A stretch of 64,000 nucleotides of DNA from an uncultured Gemmatimonadales bacterium (lineage in GTDB: Bacteria; Gemmatimonadota; Gemmatimonadetes; Palauibacterales; Palauibacteraceae), in the NCBI GenBank assembly GCA_963783385.1, contig CAWANJ010000006.1:64001-128000 (forward strand). The letters run 5' to 3'. How positions within the stretch are numbered: the first letter of the stretch is position 1; every line of letters starts with the position of its first letter. Made by a program: the position numbers and the translations under genes. Positions 29,900 to 40,927 of this stretch are shown one piece after another. The notes under the pieces were generated by a model. The model had not been told where the DNA came from, did not search any database, and saw nothing but the letters and a program-made list of their open reading frames with translations.

Positions 29900-32589
29900 T
29901 CACTCCACCCGCAGCACCTCCGCCGGATCGACGCGCGTCGCCCTGCGGGCGGGCAGCCAGGAGGCGAGGGCCGCGACCAGCGCGACCAGGAGCGGCACGA
30001 CCACGAAAGTCACCGGATCGGCGGCCGAGACCTCGAACAGCAGGCTCTTCAGGAATCGCCCGAGCACCAGCGCCACGACGAGGCCCACGAGGATCCCGGC
30101 CACGGCGAGGCGGAGGCCCGAGCCCAAGACGGATCCGGCGATCGAGCGGCCGTCGGCGCCCAGCGCCATCCGCACCCCGAACTCCCTCCGGCGCTCGCCC
30201 ACCGAGTACGAGAGGACGCCGTACACGCCCGTGAGCCCCAGGAGGACGGCGAGCGCGCCGAAGCCACCCACGAGGAGGGCCGCGAACCGGCGGCGGGCGT
30301 TGCTCTCGGCGTAGACCTGGTCCATGGTCGTCAGCCGCACGATGGACAGCCGGTCGTCGATCCCCCACAGCGTCTGGCGGAGGGGATTCCCGAGCGTGGC
30401 CGGAGAGCGGTCCGTCCGCGCCACAATGGTCAGCCAGCTCATCCAGCCCCAGCGCTTCTGAACCTGCGGGATGTAGACGGCCGGCTGCGCGGGATGGTCG
30501 GCGCCCAGGTTCCGGACGTCACCCACGACCCCCACGATCCGCCACCAGTCGGGCCCCGTCGGCCCCCCGAAGCTGATGCGGTCGCCGAGGGGATCGCGTG
30601 CCCCCCAGCTCCGGAGCGCCATCGACTCGTTGATCACGGCGACGCGCTCCGAGCCCGCCACATCCCGCCCGTCGATGGCCCGCCCGCGCCGCACCGGGAT
30701 CCTCATCGTCCGGAAGTAGCCCGGCGTGATGGCCCGCAGCGGTGCGTCCGCCTGCATGCCGTCGGCCCGGTTGCCGGGTCTTCCCTGGATGGCGAAGCTG
30801 AACGTGTTGTCATAACCGATCACCGGGGGCTCCGCGGTCCCCGCCGCCGACACCACGCCGGGCAGGCCGCGTACCCCGCGCAGGAGACGGGAGTAGAATT
30901 CGGCCTGCTCCTTCGTGCTCGGGTAGCGGGAGCGCGGGAGGTCGAGCATGGCCGTGAGCAGCGTGGTGCGACTCGAATCCCGGGTCGACGCCCTGCAGGC
31001 GCTCGAAGCTCCGCACCAGGAGCCCGGTGCCGACGAGGAGCACCACGGCCAGCGCCACTTCGGCGATCAGGAGCCCGGCCCGGAGACGCCCGTGCCGTGG
31101 ATCGCCCGACCCGTCGCGCCCGGAACGGAGGGCATGGCGCAGCCCGGACCCCGTGACGCGCAGCGCCGGCACGAGGCCGATCAGCAGGGTCACCGCCAGG
31201 GTGGTGCCGGCCGAGAACGCGAGGACGCCAGCGTCGACGCGGGTGTGGCCCAGCAGCGGGATATCGGACGGGGCCAGGGAGACGAGTGCCGCGAGGCCCG
31301 ATCTTCACGGCCACCACGCCGAGGCCGCCGCCCAGGACGGCCACCACGAGGCTCTCCGTGAGAAGCTGTCGCAGCAGCCGCCCCCGCCCGGCGCCCAGCG
31401 CCGCCCGCAGGGCTACCTCGCGCTCCCTGGACAGGGCCCGGGCCAGCAGGAGGTTGGCCAGGTTGGCGCAGGTGATCAGGAGGACGAGGACCACCATGCC
31501 GAACAGCGCCAGCAGCAGGGGCCGTACGCTGGCGACGAGGTCGGAGCGGAAGGGCACGAGGTTCACGCCCCAGCCCTGCATGGCCTCCGGGTACTGCTTC
31601 CCCAGGCGTGCCTGGATCCCCTCCACCTCGGAGCGCGCCTGCCCGAGCGAGACGCCCTCCGCAAGGCGGCCGATGACGTGCCACTGGTGCGACTTGTGGA
31701 CCTTCCGTGTCCTCGGCGCCGAACTGCCGTGCGACGTACACCTGGGCGTCGGGGCGGGGAAAGTCGAAGCCGCGGGGCCAGCACGCCGACGACGGTGTAC
31801 GGCTCGTCGTCGAGCTGCAGGGTCCGGCCCACGACGGAGGAGTCGCCTCCGAACCGCGTGCGCCACAGCGAGTGGGACAGGAGGACGGCGGCCGCGGCGC
31901 CGCGCACGCCCTCCTGGCGCGTGAACAGCCGGCCCAGTTCGGCCCGCGTGCCGAGGATCCGGAAGCACGCTCGGCGTCACCGTCACCGAGCTCACACGGG
32001 AGGGCCTTCCGTCGCGATCCACCATGGAGGGCGAGAACGCCCATCCGTAGGCGCCGACCGCCTCGAACGACGAGGCGTGGTCGCGCCAGGCCAGGTAGTC
32101 GCCGCTGGCCACGACGTTGTGGTCCCCGCCTCCGGGATGGACATCCCACATCTGCACCAGTCGGTCCGGGTGCGGGTACGGCAGGGGGCGGAGGAGGACG
32201 GCGTACACGACGCTGAACATGGCCGTGGTGGCCCCGATCCCGAGGGCCAGCGTGAGAATCGCCACCGCCGCGAACCCCGGCCGCGACCGCAGCTTCCTCC
32301 ACCCGTAGCGCACGTCGTCGCGGAACTCGTGGAGCCACTCCAGGCGCCGGCGGCGGCGCTCGGTGCGGGCGGTCTCGCGGCCGAGGGTCCGGCGGGCCCC
32401 CTCCAGGTCCCCGAACTCCTCCAGGGCTCGTCGTTCGGCCGCCGCCCGGTCGACCCCCTCCGCCAAGAGCTCGTCGACGCGCGACTCGAGGTGGAAGCGG
32501 ATCTCGGCGTCCACGTCGTCCGGGACCTGGCGGCCGAGCTCGCGGTCGATCCTGAGGAGCCGGCGAACCCCCGGCGGCAGCCGACTCAC
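29900..32589 (-). CDS. ADOP-type duplicated ABC permease (about 4 frameshifts)
   Basis: [89 protein letters not shown] spread over several frames. Confidence 0.85.
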
Positions 32590-32659
32590 GACCCCGGACT
32601 CTCCGGAATCCCTCGGCGACCTCGCGCCGCCTGACCGCCGCCGGCCCCACCGCCGCCCA

Positions 32660-32985
32660 TCAGGCCGTCTCCGCTCCGAGCACCTTCCACATGCGCGTCC
32701 GTGTAGCGGCGGATGCTCCGGATCTCCTCGGCCAGCTGGCCCGCGACCGGCCGCGGTGAGGCTGTAGTACTTGGCGCGCCGGTTGTTGTCGGAGAGACCC
32801 CACTCCGCGTCGATCCATCCACGTCGCTCCATGCAATGGAGGGACTGGTAGATGGCGGCGTCCTCGACCTCGAGCTCGCCCTCCGTCCGGCGGTGGATCC
32901 AGCGGGAGATGCCGTACCCATGGCGCGGGCCCCAGGTGAGGGCCTTGAGAGCCATGACGTCCAGCGTGCCCTTGAGCAGGTCCAT
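32660..32985 (-). CDS. PadR-family regulator (2 frameshifts)
   Basis: [40 protein letters not shown]; C-terminus [10 protein letters not shown] lies in another frame. Confidence 0.85.
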
Positions 32986-33058
32986 CGCCGCCTCTCCGGC
33001 CGCGGTCGCAGGCATCGCCCGAGACCTCGGCCGCGCGCCCACTCCCCTCAGACTCTTA

Positions 33059-33075
33059 CCCTAAGTTACTTATGG
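33059..33075. promoter_or_regulatory. Candidate PadR operator CCCTAAG-N3-CTTATGG
   Basis: Imperfect palindrome (1 mismatch) in an AT-rich patch upstream of padR. Confidence 0.45.
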
Positions 33076-33138
33076 ATAGGCGGGAGGAAGCGTGCCGTCA
33101 AGAGCCGGGCGGCCACGGCCGACCGCGGGAGGTCCGGC

Positions 33139-33176
33139 TTGACGGAGCGAAACATGCGTTTTATACATACGTTTCA
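33139..33176 (+). promoter_or_regulatory. Promoter/operator of the HlyD-ABC-TetR operon
   Basis: TTGACG-N17-TATACA overlapped by tandem imperfect palindromes AAACATGCGTTT and ATACATACGTTT. Confidence 0.5.
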
Positions 33177-33253
33177 CAACGGCCGCGACGTCCGCCCCGG
33201 CGGGGAGCCCGACGCGCCGCCGCTTGGACGTTCCACCGGCCCGGAGTTCGCTC

Positions 33254-34201
33254 GTGTCCCGGAAGATCGCGGCCCCTCTCGTCGCCCTCCTCGTCGCCGG
33301 CGCTGTGGTCGCCTACTTCCTGCTGCGCGGCGGCTCCGACCAGCTCGTCCTCACGGGAGTCGTGACGACCGACGAAGTGCTGGTCAGCTCGCAGGTGAGT
33401 GGCCAGGTGAGCCGCATGCTGGTGGCCGACGGGGACTCCGTGGTCCGCGGCCAGCTCGTCGCCGAGCTCGCGCCCGCCGAGCTGCGCGCCGATCGGACGT
33501 ACTACACGCACAGCGCGGGGGCCATGGCCTCCCAGGTGGCGGCCGCCGAGGCCGACCTCCGGGCGGCCGTGGCCCAGGACAGCGAGGCCGTCGCCAACCT
33601 GGTGAACGCGCGGCGCTCCTGGGAGCGCGATTCGGCCGTGGCCGGCGCGGGCGGGATCAGCCAGCAGGCGCTGGACGTCACCCGGACCGCCTACCGCGTG
33701 GCGGCGGCGCGCGCCGAGGCGGCCCACCACCAGGTGTCGGCGGCCCGCAGCACCGTCGAGGCCCTGCGCCAGCAGAGCGACGCCGCTTCGGCGCAGACGA
33801 CCAGGGCCGACGTGCGCCTGGGCTACGCGGAGGTGCGGGCCCCCATCGACGGCATCGTGGATGTGCGCGCCGCCCGGGTCGGCGAGGTGGTCCCCGCCGG
33901 CCAGCCCCTCGTCACCCTCGTCGACCCCGACTCGGTGTGGGTGAGGGCGGACATCGAGGAGTCCTACATCGACCGGATCCGTCTGGGGGACACGCTGACG
34001 GTGCGACTCCCCTCCGGCGCCGAGCTCCCCGGGGTCGTGTACTTCCGCGGCGTCGACGCCGACTTCGCGACCCAGCGCGACGTGAGCCGCACCAAGCGCG
34101 ACATCAAGACCTTCCAGGTGCGCCTCCGGGTCGACAACCACGACCGAAGGCTCGCGGTCGGCATGACGGCCTACGTGCTCCTGCCGCTGGAATCGTCATG
34201 A
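33254..34201 (+). CDS. HlyD-family periplasmic adaptor
   Basis: N-terminal TM; VADGDSVVRGQL, coiled coil, VRAPIDGIV, GEVVPAGQPL, GMTA. Confidence 0.9.
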   Translation: MSRKIAAPLVALLVAGAVVAYFLLRGGSDQLVLTGVVTTDEVLVSSQVSGQVSRMLVADGDSVVRGQLVAELAPAELRADRTYYTHSAGAMASQVAAAEADLRAAVAQDSEAVANLVNARRSWERDSAVAGAGGISQQALDVTRTAYRVAAARAEAAHHQVSAARSTVEALRQQSDAASAQTTRADVRLGYAEVRAPIDGIVDVRAARVGEVVPAGQPLVTLVDPDSVWVRADIEESYIDRIRLGDTLTVRLPSGAELPGVVYFRGVDADFATQRDVSRTKRDIKTFQVRLRVDNHDRRLAVGMTAYVLLPLESS

Positions 34202-35261
34202 GCGCCGGATCGCGAGCCGACGCCCTGCCGGGTGGCTCGGCTCGAGGCCCCTCCGTCCCGGATCGGCCCGACGCCATCGAGGTCCGGGAGATCACCAAGC
34301 GCTTCGGCGATTTCACGGCCGTGGACTCGGTCACCTTCTCGGTGCGCGAGGGGGAGATCTTCGGGCTCCTGGGTCCGAACGGCGCCGGGAAGTCCACGCT
34401 GATCCGCATGCTCACCACCCTGATCCGGCCTACCTCGGGGACGGCACTGGTGGGGGGGCACGACGTGACCCGGGAGCCGGACGCGGTGCGCGCGCACGAT
34501 CGGGGTGATCCCGCAGGCGCTGACCAGCGACATCGACCTCTCGGTCAGGGAGAACCTCCTGATCTACGCCAAGCTGTACGGCGTCCCGCGCGACCGGCGC
34601 CGCGCGATCATCGCCGATCTGCTCGAGGCGGTGGAGCTCACGAAATGGGCGGATCAGGCCGGTGAAGCAGCTGTCGGGGGGCATGCGGCGGAGGGTCGAG
34701 ATCGCGCGCGGACTGGTCCACGAGCCGCGCATCCTCTTCCTGGACGAGCCCACCACGGGCCTGGACCCCGTGTCGCGCACCTCGGTGTGGGAGATGCTGC
34801 GCCAGGTCAAGGCGGAGCACGACCTCACGATGCTGCTCACGACGCACTACATGGAGGAAGCCGACCGGCTGTGCGAGCGCGTCGCGATCGTGGACCACGG
34901 ACGCCTGCTCGCCCTCGACTCCCCGCTCCACCTCAAGGCCGCCATCCCCGGCGAGAGCACCCTGGAGGCCAGCTTCGCCGACGCCCCGCCGGACTGGTCG
35001 TCGCGCATGGAGGCGCTCCCGGCGGTGGAGAGCGTAAGCGGCGGGGAGGGCGCGGTGTACCGGATCGTCTCCGCCGACGGGCCCCGCACGACCACGGCGC
35101 TCCTCACCGAGGCGGCGGAGGCCGGCGTGGCCGTGCATTCCCTGGCCGTGCAGAGCACGACGCTGGACGACGTCTTCGTCCACTTCACCGGCCACGAGCT
35201 CCGCGACGAGCTCCAGGAGCCCTCCGCGGCGGACCGGCTCGTGGTCCGCCCCGGGCGCTGA
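34198..35261 (+). CDS. ABC-2 exporter ATP-binding protein (2 frameshifts)
   Basis: LLGPNGAGKSTL; LSGGMRRRVEIARGL, LFLDEPTTGLDP, TTHYMEEA, TLDDVFVHFTG. Confidence 0.9.
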
Positions 35262-35271
35262 CGAGGCCGCC

Positions 35272-36441
35272 GTGGACCGCATGTGGGCCATCGTCGAACG
35301 CGACCTGCGCCGCTTCCGGCGGAGCCCCACCCTCATCGTGGTCTCCCTCATCTTCCCGGTCGTCCAGCTCGTCGTCCTCGGTTACGCCTTCGGCGGGAAG
35401 GTGCGGCACCTCGAGGTGGGGCTCGTGGACCAGGACGGAGGGCTCCCGGCCGTGCAGGTCCGGGCGCTCGGGAACGCGATCGCCGCCAACGCGAAGACGT
35501 TCTCGTTCGCCACCTACGACGACCAGACGAGGGCGCTCGCCGACCTCCGGAACGGGAAGTTGAACGGCGTCCTCACCATCCCGCCCGGGTTCTCGCGCCG
35601 CGTGCTGGTGGGCGAGTCTCCCCGGGTCGCGCTGGTCGAGGACAATACGGACAACTTCGTGGCCTCGGCGCTCGGGGCCAGCCTGCAGGGGCTGGTGCGG
35701 GCCTACACGCCGCCCGGCGGCGGCGCGCGCGTCGCGGCCTCCGTGCCCCCCGGCTCCCCCGCCCCGGCCGCGGGGAGCGGATCGGCCGCCGCGCACCAGC
35801 CCACCCTGGACGTGGTCGAGATGTACCCGTACGTGCCCTACATCCAGTACCTACTGCCGGGCTCGATCGTGATGTCGATCTTCATGATGGTGATGATCGG
35901 CGGGGGGATCATCTTCATCGACGACAAGGCGCGCGGGCTGCACGAGGGCTACCTGGTCACGCCCATCACCCGCTTCGAGCTCATCCTGGGCTTCAACCTG
36001 GCGGGGGCCCTCAAGGCGGTCCTGGCCGGCACCGTTCTCATGTTCATCGGCTCGGTGATCGCGGGGGTGCCCAACCCGTTCGATCCGCTCCGCCTCATCC
36101 GCCTGTTCACGGTGATCTCGATCACCGCCATCGCCCTCGTGAGCATGATGTTCCTGCTCATGGTGCGGGTCCAGGATCCCCTGGTGCCACGCGCGACCTT
36201 CGGCGTGCTCAACACGTTCCTGTTCTTCCCGAGCGGCGCCGTCTACCCGCAGCAGGGATTCCCGAAGTGGCTGCGGGTGATCGCGGTCGCCGATCCGTTC
36301 ACCTACTCGGTCCACGCGCTCAAGAACCTGCTCCTCAAGAACACGGGCTTCGGGGCCATCGCCGTCGACCTGGCGTACCTGGCGATCTTCGCGGCGGTGA
36401 CCATGACGGCCGCCACGCTCCTGTTCCGGAGGGAGCTATGA
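35272..36441 (+). CDS. ABC-2 exporter permease
   Basis: FPVVQLVVLGYAF, YIQYLLPG, SGAVYP, DPFTYSVHALK; multiple TM helices. Confidence 0.9.
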   Translation: MDRMWAIVERDLRRFRRSPTLIVVSLIFPVVQLVVLGYAFGGKVRHLEVGLVDQDGGLPAVQVRALGNAIAANAKTFSFATYDDQTRALADLRNGKLNGVLTIPPGFSRRVLVGESPRVALVEDNTDNFVASALGASLQGLVRAYTPPGGGARVAASVPPGSPAPAAGSGSAAAHQPTLDVVEMYPYVPYIQYLLPGSIVMSIFMMVMIGGGIIFIDDKARGLHEGYLVTPITRFELILGFNLAGALKAVLAGTVLMFIGSVIAGVPNPFDPLRLIRLFTVISITAIALVSMMFLLMVRVQDPLVPRATFGVLNTFLFFPSGAVYPQQGFPKWLRVIAVADPFTYSVHALKNLLLKNTGFGAIAVDLAYLAIFAAVTMTAATLLFRREL

Positions 36442-37082
36442 GCCGAGGCGGCGACGCGGAGACGCGGGAGCGTCTGCTGGAGGCCGCCCGAAGGCTGTTC
36501 GGAGAGGAGGCCTACCGGCGAGTGACGGTGCGCGACCTGTGCCGGGCCGCGGGGGCCAACCTCGCGGCGGTGAATTACTACTTCGGCGACAAGCTCGGCC
36601 TGTACCGCGAGGTCGTCCGGGGCGCGCTGGAAGGGATCCGGGGCTCGGACCCGGCGACCGAGATGCCGCGGGACCGTCCCGCCGCGGAGCGCATCCATCA
36701 CTACGTGCGCACCTACGTTCCGCGCCTGGCGCGGCCGGAGGGGCCGGCCGTGTGGATGCAGCGGATCATGGGGCACGAGATGCAGGAGCCCACGCCGCTG
36801 GCCCCGTGGATCGCCGAGCAGGTGATCCTCCCGCGGGTCCGTTACCTGTCGGAGGCGGTCGCCGAGCTGGCAGGCTGCGCGGTGGACGACCCCCGCGTGG
36901 GCCGGTGCGTGGCCAGCATCCAGGCCCAGTGCCTCTTCTACATGCCGAACCGCTTCCGGAGCGCCGCCTTCCCCAGATGGCGGGAGCTGTCCGACCGGGA
37001 GCTGGCCGACGCGGCCGAGCACATCGCCGAGTTCTCCCTGTCCGGGATCCGGCGCGTGACGGGGGCGGGCCCGGCAGGTTGA
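36438..37082 (+). CDS. TetR-family regulator (CecR/YbiH-like)
   Basis: TRERLLEAARRLF, TVRDLCRAAGANLAAVNYYFGDKLGLY, SIQAQC, HIAEFSLSGI. Confidence 0.88.
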   Translation: MSRGGDAETRERLLEAARRLFGEEAYRRVTVRDLCRAAGANLAAVNYYFGDKLGLYREVVRGALEGIRGSDPATEMPRDRPAAERIHHYVRTYVPRLARPEGPAVWMQRIMGHEMQEPTPLAPWIAEQVILPRVRYLSEAVAELAGCAVDDPRVGRCVASIQAQCLFYMPNRFRSAAFPRWRELSDRELADAAEHIAEFSLSGIRRVTGAGPAG

Positions 37083-37118
37083 CACGGCCGGCCACGCCAC
37101 GTAGCGTGCCGGACGTTC

Positions 37119-37135
37119 TTGAGAATGAGTCTCAA
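37119..37135. promoter_or_regulatory. Fur-box-like operator TTGAGAATGAGTCTCAA
   Basis: 7-1-7 core TGAGAAT-G-AGTCTCA close to the TGATAATnATTATCA consensus; ends 11 nt before the iron permease ATG. Confidence 0.75.
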
Positions 37136-37146
37136 CCCCGGCACGC

Positions 37147-38151
37147 ATGAGCCGCGACGCACGCACCGACGCTTCCGCCCGGCCGAACACGGCGCTCCGC
37201 GTCTTCCTGACGCTGGCGGCGCTCGTCGTGGGCGGCGTCATTCTGTGGCAGGCGCTGGCCACGGGGGGCAGCCCCGATCCCCTGGCGGCCGGGGCCTCGG
37301 GCACGGCGGTGCTCGACATCGGCGTGCTGGTCTTCCGCGAGGGCCTCGAGTCGATCCTTGTGCTGGCGGCCATCATGGCGACCATGGTGGGAGGCGCGCG
37401 GGCCTACCGCAGGCCGGTCGCGGTGGGAGCCGCGGCCGGATTCCTGGCCTCGCTCGTCACCTGGAAGATCGCGATCGGGATCATCGACAGCCTCACCGAG
37501 AGCATCTCCGCACTCCAGGTCCAGGCCGTAACCGGCCTCCTGGCCATCGTGGTGCTCCTCCTGGTCATGAACTGGTTCTTCCACAAGATCTACTGGACCG
37601 GCTGGATCTCGGCCCACACGAAGCGGAAGAAGGCCCTCCTGGACCGGGTGGACGACCCGGGCGCCTCGCAGATCCAGATCCTGTTCGGGCTTGGCTTCCT
37701 GGGCTTCACCTCGCTGTACCGGGAGGGCTTCGAGGTCGTCCTCTTCCTGCAGAACTACCGCCTCAAGCTGGGATCGGGTCCCGTGCTGCACGGGGTGCTG
37801 GCCGGGCTGGCGCTCACCGCGATCGTGGGTGTCCTCACCTTCGTGGCCAATCGGCGACTTCCCTACAAGAAGATGCTGGTCCTCACCGGCGTCCTCCTGG
37901 GCATCGTCCTGCTGGTCATGGTGGGCGAGCAGGCGCAGGAGATGCAGCTGGCGCACTGGCTGCCGACGACCACGATCCCGTGGCTGGTCGGGGTGATCCC
38001 GGCGTGGCTCAAGATGTGGTTCGCCGTGTTCCCCACGGTCGAGACGCTGGCCGCCCAGGTGCTGGCGGCAGGGCTCGTCCTGGGCTCCTACGCTGTGGTC
38101 CGCCACCAGGTGGCCCGTACCGTCCGCCGCGCGGAGGCCGTGACGGGCTGA
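37147..38151 (+). CDS. FTR1/EfeU-family iron permease
   Basis: Two RExxE motifs (REGLE, REGFE); about 7-8 TM helices. Confidence 0.9.
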   Translation: MSRDARTDASARPNTALRVFLTLAALVVGGVILWQALATGGSPDPLAAGASGTAVLDIGVLVFREGLESILVLAAIMATMVGGARAYRRPVAVGAAAGFLASLVTWKIAIGIIDSLTESISALQVQAVTGLLAIVVLLLVMNWFFHKIYWTGWISAHTKRKKALLDRVDDPGASQIQILFGLGFLGFTSLYREGFEVVLFLQNYRLKLGSGPVLHGVLAGLALTAIVGVLTFVANRRLPYKKMLVLTGVLLGIVLLVMVGEQAQEMQLAHWLPTTTIPWLVGVIPAWLKMWFAVFPTVETLAAQVLAAGLVLGSYAVVRHQVARTVRRAEAVTG

Positions 38152-38279
38152 TCTCGCCCCGGCGGACGGACGGCCCACGGCAGTCCATCGCCGCTTCCAC
38201 CCGGCCCTTGCAGGATCCCGGCGGGCTGGCCATGCTGGACTAGAATTCACAGATCCCTTTCCTGGAGCCGTGCATCCAG

Positions 38280-40193
38280 ATGGCGAAGCCCGGTTCGCGT
38301 CTCTCCGCGTTGTTCACCGAGCTGCGCCGCCGCAGCGTGCTTCAGGTGGGCGGGATCTACCTCATCGTGGCCTGGCTCATCATCCAGGTCAGCGTGGCCA
38401 CCTTCCCCGTGCTCCTGCTGCCCGGCTGGACGCTGCGGGCGGTCGTCATGGCCGCCATCCTGGGCTTCCCCGTCGCGGTGGTCCTGGCGTGGGCCTTCGA
38501 GATCACTCCCGAGGGCGTGCGTCGGACGCGCGACCCCGACTCCGACGAGGTCCAGGCCTCGACCATCCCCCCCGGCGTCCGCTACGCGCTCGTCCTCGGG
38601 GTCCTGCTGGTCAGCTCGGGCGTGGGTTGGGCTGTGTGGCGACTCTGGCTCCAGCCTCGCGCAAACTCGGCCGCGGTGGCGAGCTCTCCCGAGCGACAAC
38701 CTCTGGACGAATACGGCGTCGCGGTGCTGTACCTGGACGACTTCAGTCCTCACGGGGAGCTCTCGTACCTGGCCAGCGGACTCACCGCTGGCCTCATCCA
38801 CTCCCTCAGCCAGATCGGACCCCTGCACGTCGTATCGCTGAACGGGGTCAAACCCTTCCGCAATCCGACCATATCCCTGGACAGCGTCGCCAGGATCCTG
38901 GGCGTCCGCTGGCTGGTCGAGGGAAGCCTGGAACCGACTGAACAGGGGCTCTCCTCGACGATCCAGCTGGTGGACGGCCGGACGGGTCTCGAGGTCCTCA
39001 GTACGCGCATTCAGGAGCGGGGAAAGGACCTGCTCCATCTCCGCAACGAGATCGTGGACGGGGCCGAGCGCCAGCTCGGACAGAAGCTGGGCCGCGAGCT
39101 GGCGGGAACGCAGGACCGACCGGGGACGGCGAGCCCGGAGGCCTGGAGACTGGTGCAGCACGCGAAAGCCTTCGAGGAACAGGCGGACACGCTCCGGTGG
39201 ACCCTGGGCGATACGAGCGCGGCCCGATCGGCGTTGATCGAAGCGGACAGCATGCTGGCCCGGGCCTCGAATCTGGACGACCGCTGGCTGCAGCCCCTCA
39301 TCGAACGCGGCTGGATCGAGGCCAGGCAGGGCGGGCTCAGGCCGGGATCGCACGGCGCCTATCAGCAGGCTCGCCTCGAGTCGGGGCTCGCCCTGGCGGA
39401 CGAGGCCCTGCGCCGCCGGCCCGGCGATCCCACCGCCCTCGAGCTGCGGGGAACGCTGCGCCTGGTCCTCAGCTACAACGCCAATTCCACCGCCGTCGAC
39501 ACGCTACGGAGGGACGCGGCCACCGACCTTCGCCAGGCGGTCGCGGCTGATTCCAGCCGGGTGTGGGCCTGGGTCTCCCTGGCCGAGCTCCTCCGTACCG
39601 AGGGAAACTTCACCGAGGCGGCCCGGGCGGCCCAACGCGCGCTGCAGGCGGACCCCTTCCTCATCAACGGCGAGAACGAGATCCTCTACATCGTGGCCCA
39701 CACCTGGCTCGAGCTCGAGGAGGTGGACAGGGCCAACAAGTGGGTCGATGCCGGCCGACGACGCTTCCCGGCCGACCCCACCTTCACGGCCCAGAAGCTG
39801 GTCATCCTGGCGGGCTCGGGCGAGGCGGCCACGGTGCCGGCCGCGGTGGACACGGCCTGGGCGCTGTGCGCCAAGATCGAAAGCCGCTTCGGACTCAAGA
39901 CTTGGGAGTACGGCCACCTTCAGGTCGCCGCGGTCCTCGCGCAGGTCGGACGAGCCGACAGCGCCCGGGCCGTCATCCGACGCGCACGGGCGAACCGTCC
40001 GGACGACGCATGGGGCGACTACTACGAGGCCAACGCCCGCGTCCAGCTGGGCGAGGCGGCCCGGGCGATCGAGCTCCTGGGTGGTTACCTGCAGCAGTTC
40101 CCCGCCCAGCGGGCCTACATCGCGCGCGACTGGTGGTGGAAGTCGTTGCGGGGCGACCCGCGGTTCCAGGCGCTGGTGCGCGGAGCCGACTGA
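38280..40193 (+). CDS. Membrane-anchored TolB-N-like/TPR protein
   Basis: ELRRRSV...AWAFEITPEG TM module; VAVLYLDD...YLASGLT..LI..L, WLVEGS; TPR-like helices; ends LRGDPRFQALV. Confidence 0.8.
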   Translation: MAKPGSRLSALFTELRRRSVLQVGGIYLIVAWLIIQVSVATFPVLLLPGWTLRAVVMAAILGFPVAVVLAWAFEITPEGVRRTRDPDSDEVQASTIPPGVRYALVLGVLLVSSGVGWAVWRLWLQPRANSAAVASSPERQPLDEYGVAVLYLDDFSPHGELSYLASGLTAGLIHSLSQIGPLHVVSLNGVKPFRNPTISLDSVARILGVRWLVEGSLEPTEQGLSSTIQLVDGRTGLEVLSTRIQERGKDLLHLRNEIVDGAERQLGQKLGRELAGTQDRPGTASPEAWRLVQHAKAFEEQADTLRWTLGDTSAARSALIEADSMLARASNLDDRWLQPLIERGWIEARQGGLRPGSHGAYQQARLESGLALADEALRRRPGDPTALELRGTLRLVLSYNANSTAVDTLRRDAATDLRQAVAADSSRVWAWVSLAELLRTEGNFTEAARAAQRALQADPFLINGENEILYIVAHTWLELEEVDRANKWVDAGRRRFPADPTFTAQKLVILAGSGEAATVPAAVDTAWALCAKIESRFGLKTWEYGHLQVAAVLAQVGRADSARAVIRRARANRPDDAWGDYYEANARVQLGEAARAIELLGGYLQQFPAQRAYIARDWWWKSLRGDPRFQALVRGAD

Positions 40194-40214
40194 GACCGGT
40201 CAGAGGCCTCGGCC

Positions 40215-40646
40215 TTACGAGCCGGGACCCACGATCACGTCCGGATCCAGGATCTGGACTTCGCTACCATCGTAGAGAGCCACGATGTACTTGTAGGTGC
40301 CGTACTTCGCGTTCGCCGCCACCGAGGCCCCGGCCTTCCGGCCCTTGTGCGCCCCGATGCCCTTGCCATGGGCGGCCGCACCGAGGGGCCTGTCGGCCGA
40401 TGGCACCACGACCCTCCAGACACCCGCCGCGCTCGTCCATTCCACCCTGTCGCCGCGGTGGACCATCAGGGTGTCGGGACTGACGGAGAGCTTCCCAGAG
40501 CTGGCGTCGTAGTTGATGTTCACCGTGTGGGTCGTCGGAGGCGTCGCCGGGCGGCCGTCGGGAAGCGAGAACAGGCCCAGGGGAAGGAGGGCGACGAATC
40601 CGGCCGCCGCCACACGGGCACGTGGGTGGGAAAGGCGCATGGTCAT
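40215..40646 (-). CDS. Small secreted cupredoxin-like beta-sandwich protein lacking copper ligands
   Basis: Signal peptide; VSPDTLMVHRGDRVEW, YKYIV...LDPDVIV; no Cys in the protein. Confidence 0.65.
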   Translation of the reverse strand: MTMRLSHPRARVAAAGFVALLPLGLFSLPDGRPATPPTTHTVNINYDASSGKLSVSPDTLMVHRGDRVEWTSAAGVWRVVVPSADRPLGAAAHGKGIGAHKGRKAGASVAANAKYGTYKYIVALYDGSEVQILDPDVIVGPGS

Positions 40647-40927
40647 CGCTCCGCTCGCGTCGAGGGGGAGTACGCTCCGGCCGGGGCCGGCAAGGATTTA
40701 GGGTGTTCGTTCAGAATACGCCATAAGGCGAGATCTCGGAAGGCCTCGGACACGGGCGGTCGAGCGGTTCGGGCCGGCGGCCCGGGCGGGAAGGGTTCCT
40801 CGCGCCGGGGACCCCGCCTCGCGGGCCCCGGAGAGGACCGGTGCGGATCCGGGAGCCTCCTGTGGCGCGTAGCGGACCTCCAGCGCTTCCCGTAGATTCG
40901 GCGGCCGACCCCTGCCAGGAGACGCCG

